A stretch of DNA of 64,000 bases from a candidate division FCPU426 bacterium (GTDB lineage: Bacteria; Oederibacteriota; JAAXVQ01; JAUVAV01). The notes beneath the pieces were generated by a model, which was not told the DNA's origin, made no database searches, and saw only the letters and a list, made by a program, of their open reading frames with translations. The stretch is taken from contig JBFLYH010000001.1 in NCBI GenBank assembly GCA_040756875.1, positions 1,452,399-1,516,398 on the forward strand. Reading direction: 5' to 3'. Positions 62,261 to 64,000 of this stretch are shown piece after piece (position 1 is the stretch's first letter; each line of letters opens with the position of its first letter). Position numbers and translations under genes: made by a program.

Positions 62261-63183
62261 CTTCGCTCCTGTGGTTTTACGGGATTTTCGGCGGCGCGCT
62301 GGGCCTGGGCCTGGGCTTGCGGCGATGGCAGGCTGCGGCGCCGGGATTGATGCGTTTCAGCATCCTCGCCCTGGACACGCCGCTCTTCATCTACAGCTAT
62401 TGGTCCGTGGATCTGGCCCGGGCGCGGTTGTATGCGCCCATCCCCATCATTGCCACTCTCCTGGTGGTGCTTACGCTTTGGCTTTCGCCCCTCTGGGCCA
62501 AACGCCTTTTGCCCGACGAGCGCAGCCAGGGCAGTTTCATCCTGACCGCGGCTTTTTCCAACATCGGCACCACGGGCGGCGCCTTCCTGTGCTATCTCTT
62601 TTTCGGATTGGAAGGCTTGTCCCTGGCCTATTTGTTCCTGCTGCCCTACCCCATTTTGATTTTCACCCTGGGATTCAACACGGCGCGCCGTTATTCCGGT
62701 TCCGGCCCGCTGCGGCCCCATGAATACCTGACCCGCCTGGCCTCGGACCTCATTTCCCTCGTGCCGCTCCTGGCCATTGCCTTGGGGTTGGGGTTGAATG
62801 TCGCCGGACTCAAACCGCCGGCGGCGCTGGCGACCGGCGTGGGCTGGTTCATGAAAGTGAGTTTGGCGTGCAACTGCCTGGCCATCGGCTTAACCCTCAG
62901 CCCCCGGGAACTCATTCCTCCGGTCAAGGCATTCCTGGCCGAGGCCAGCATAAAATTTCTGCTGTCTCCCCTGGCGGGCCTGATCCTGGCTTTGGCCGTT
63001 TACGGCTCCCTGGCTCCCTTGCCCAGCCGGATCATCCTGATCCAGTCGGCCATGCCGCCGGCGATGTACGCGGTCATCACCACGAACCTCTTTGGCTTGG
63101 ACCGCAAGTTGGCCAACAGCCTATGGCTCGCCCTGTCCCTGGGATTCCTGCCCCTGGCCGCTCTGGGGTGGCTGCTGCGGTGA
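62257..63183 (+). CDS. AEC (auxin efflux carrier) family transporter
   Basis: FSNIG, IKFLLSP, ILIQSAMPPA; ATGA overlap with the previous gene. Confidence 0.85.
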   Translation: MTSLLWFYGIFGGALGLGLGLRRWQAAAPGLMRFSILALDTPLFIYSYWSVDLARARLYAPIPIIATLLVVLTLWLSPLWAKRLLPDERSQGSFILTAAFSNIGTTGGAFLCYLFFGLEGLSLAYLFLLPYPILIFTLGFNTARRYSGSGPLRPHEYLTRLASDLISLVPLLAIALGLGLNVAGLKPPAALATGVGWFMKVSLACNCLAIGLTLSPRELIPPVKAFLAEASIKFLLSPLAGLILALAVYGSLAPLPSRIILIQSAMPPAMYAVITTNLFGLDRKLANSLWLALSLGFLPLAALGWLLR

Positions 63184-64000
63184 GAGCGGCTTCACGAACG
63201 TAAACCGCGGACGCAGCTGGTCCGTCATCCCGAACTCGCCGCTGCCGGTCACCCATGCGGCCTGCAACGCCGGATGAGTGCGGCAATAGGCGCGGGTCCA
63301 GTCCGGGCCCTGGATGAAAAACGCCGTGGACCAGGCGTCCGCCAGCATGGGATCAACGGCCACCACGGTCACGCTCTGCATGCGTCCGGCCGGCCAGCCT
63401 GTGCGGGGATCAAGCAGATGGTGGTACCGCACTCCGGCTGCTTCGAAATACCGCTCGTAATCCCCCGAGGTGGACACCGCCTGGTTCTGCACTTCAAGCA
63501 CGCCGGTCAGGCCCGTTCCCCGGGGTTCCTGTATACCCACCTTCAGCGCCGTCCGGCCCATCCGCCCGATGACATAGAGGTTGCCGCCAAAATCCACCAA
63601 ACCCGCCCGGCAGCCCGCGGCCCGCAGCCGGTCCGCCGCCAGCTTGACCGCATACCCTTTGGCAATGCCGCCCAGATCGATCTGCACCTCGGGCCGCGCC
63701 TTGGTGATCCGGCCTCCGGCCACAACGATTTGCCGGTAATCGACCAGGGCGCGAAGCCGGGCGACTTCCGCTTCCGCGGGCACGCGGTTGGCCTCGCGCG
63801 CGGTTTTCCAGAGTTTGCTCAGCGGGTAAACCGTGATATCAAAGGCGCCCTGGCTCTCGCGCCCCACCTGCTGCGCGGCTTCAACCACTGCGATGATTTC
63901 AGGATCGGTAATCGGCTGGTTGCGGTCATTGAAGGCGAAAAGCGGGCTGTCCGGATTCCGGGGGTTGAAAACGACGTTCAGCCGGGCGACTTCATCCAGC
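63121..64000 (-). CDS. apbE: FAD:protein FMN transferase ApbE (5' end outside window)
   Basis: GAFDIT, DLGGIAKGY, STSGDYERY, HHLLDPRTG, ADAWST. Confidence 0.93.
   Translation of the reverse strand, partial: LDEVARLNVVFNPRNPDSPLFAFNDRNQPITDPEIIAVVEAAQQVGRESQGAFDITVYPLSKLWKTAREANRVPAEAEVARLRALVDYRQIVVAGGRITKARPEVQIDLGGIAKGYAVKLAADRLRAAGCRAGLVDFGGNLYVIGRMGRTALKVGIQEPRGTGLTGVLEVQNQAVSTSGDYERYFEAAGVRYHHLLDPRTGWPAGRMQSVTVVAVDPMLADAWSTAFFIQGPDWTRAYCRTHPALQAAWVTGSGEFGMTDQLRPRFTFVKPLSPQQPPQSGQGQESQGQGEP

Noticed and set aside
63121-63183. 63-bp convergent overlap of the AEC transporter and apbE
   Set aside because: Short 3' overlaps are common; no evidence of function

Overview
GC-rich bacterial chromosomal window, mostly minus-strand housekeeping operons: surE; pth-rplY-prs-glmU-tRNA-Gln-spoVG-ispE; rluD-spoIID-lgt-lspA-ileS; hisS; ackA; 6S RNA-rny-ymdB; tmRNA, smpB, rnr; and tRNA-Val/Gln/Leu. 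The organism has diderm markers (secretin, OmpA, PorV-like barrel) together with rny/ymdB/spoVG, which suggests an uncultured deep-branching lineage (inference only). Five accessory features stand out. (1) A sigma-factor-free partner-switching operon in which one membrane protein carries RsbW-type kinase, HAMP and SpoIIE phosphatase domains, and both it and its STAS partner end in IS481-transposase-like HTH modules. (2) A PorV-like barrel-TPR gene beside a 1794-aa Thr/Pro-repeat exoprotein with a T9SS/FlgD-like C-terminal domain; a second cargo-like protein lies elsewhere in the window. (3) A Tad pilus operon with a CpaE-CpaF double-ATPase fusion that runs into an ECF sigma/anti-sigma pair. 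(4) A DprE1/DprE2-like pair lying between smpB and tmRNA, separated by two homologous ~140-bp palindromic elements in inverted orientation. (5) A composite octamer-repeat/hairpin element found next to three stable-RNA genes. All calls come from reading motifs by eye; no database searches were run.
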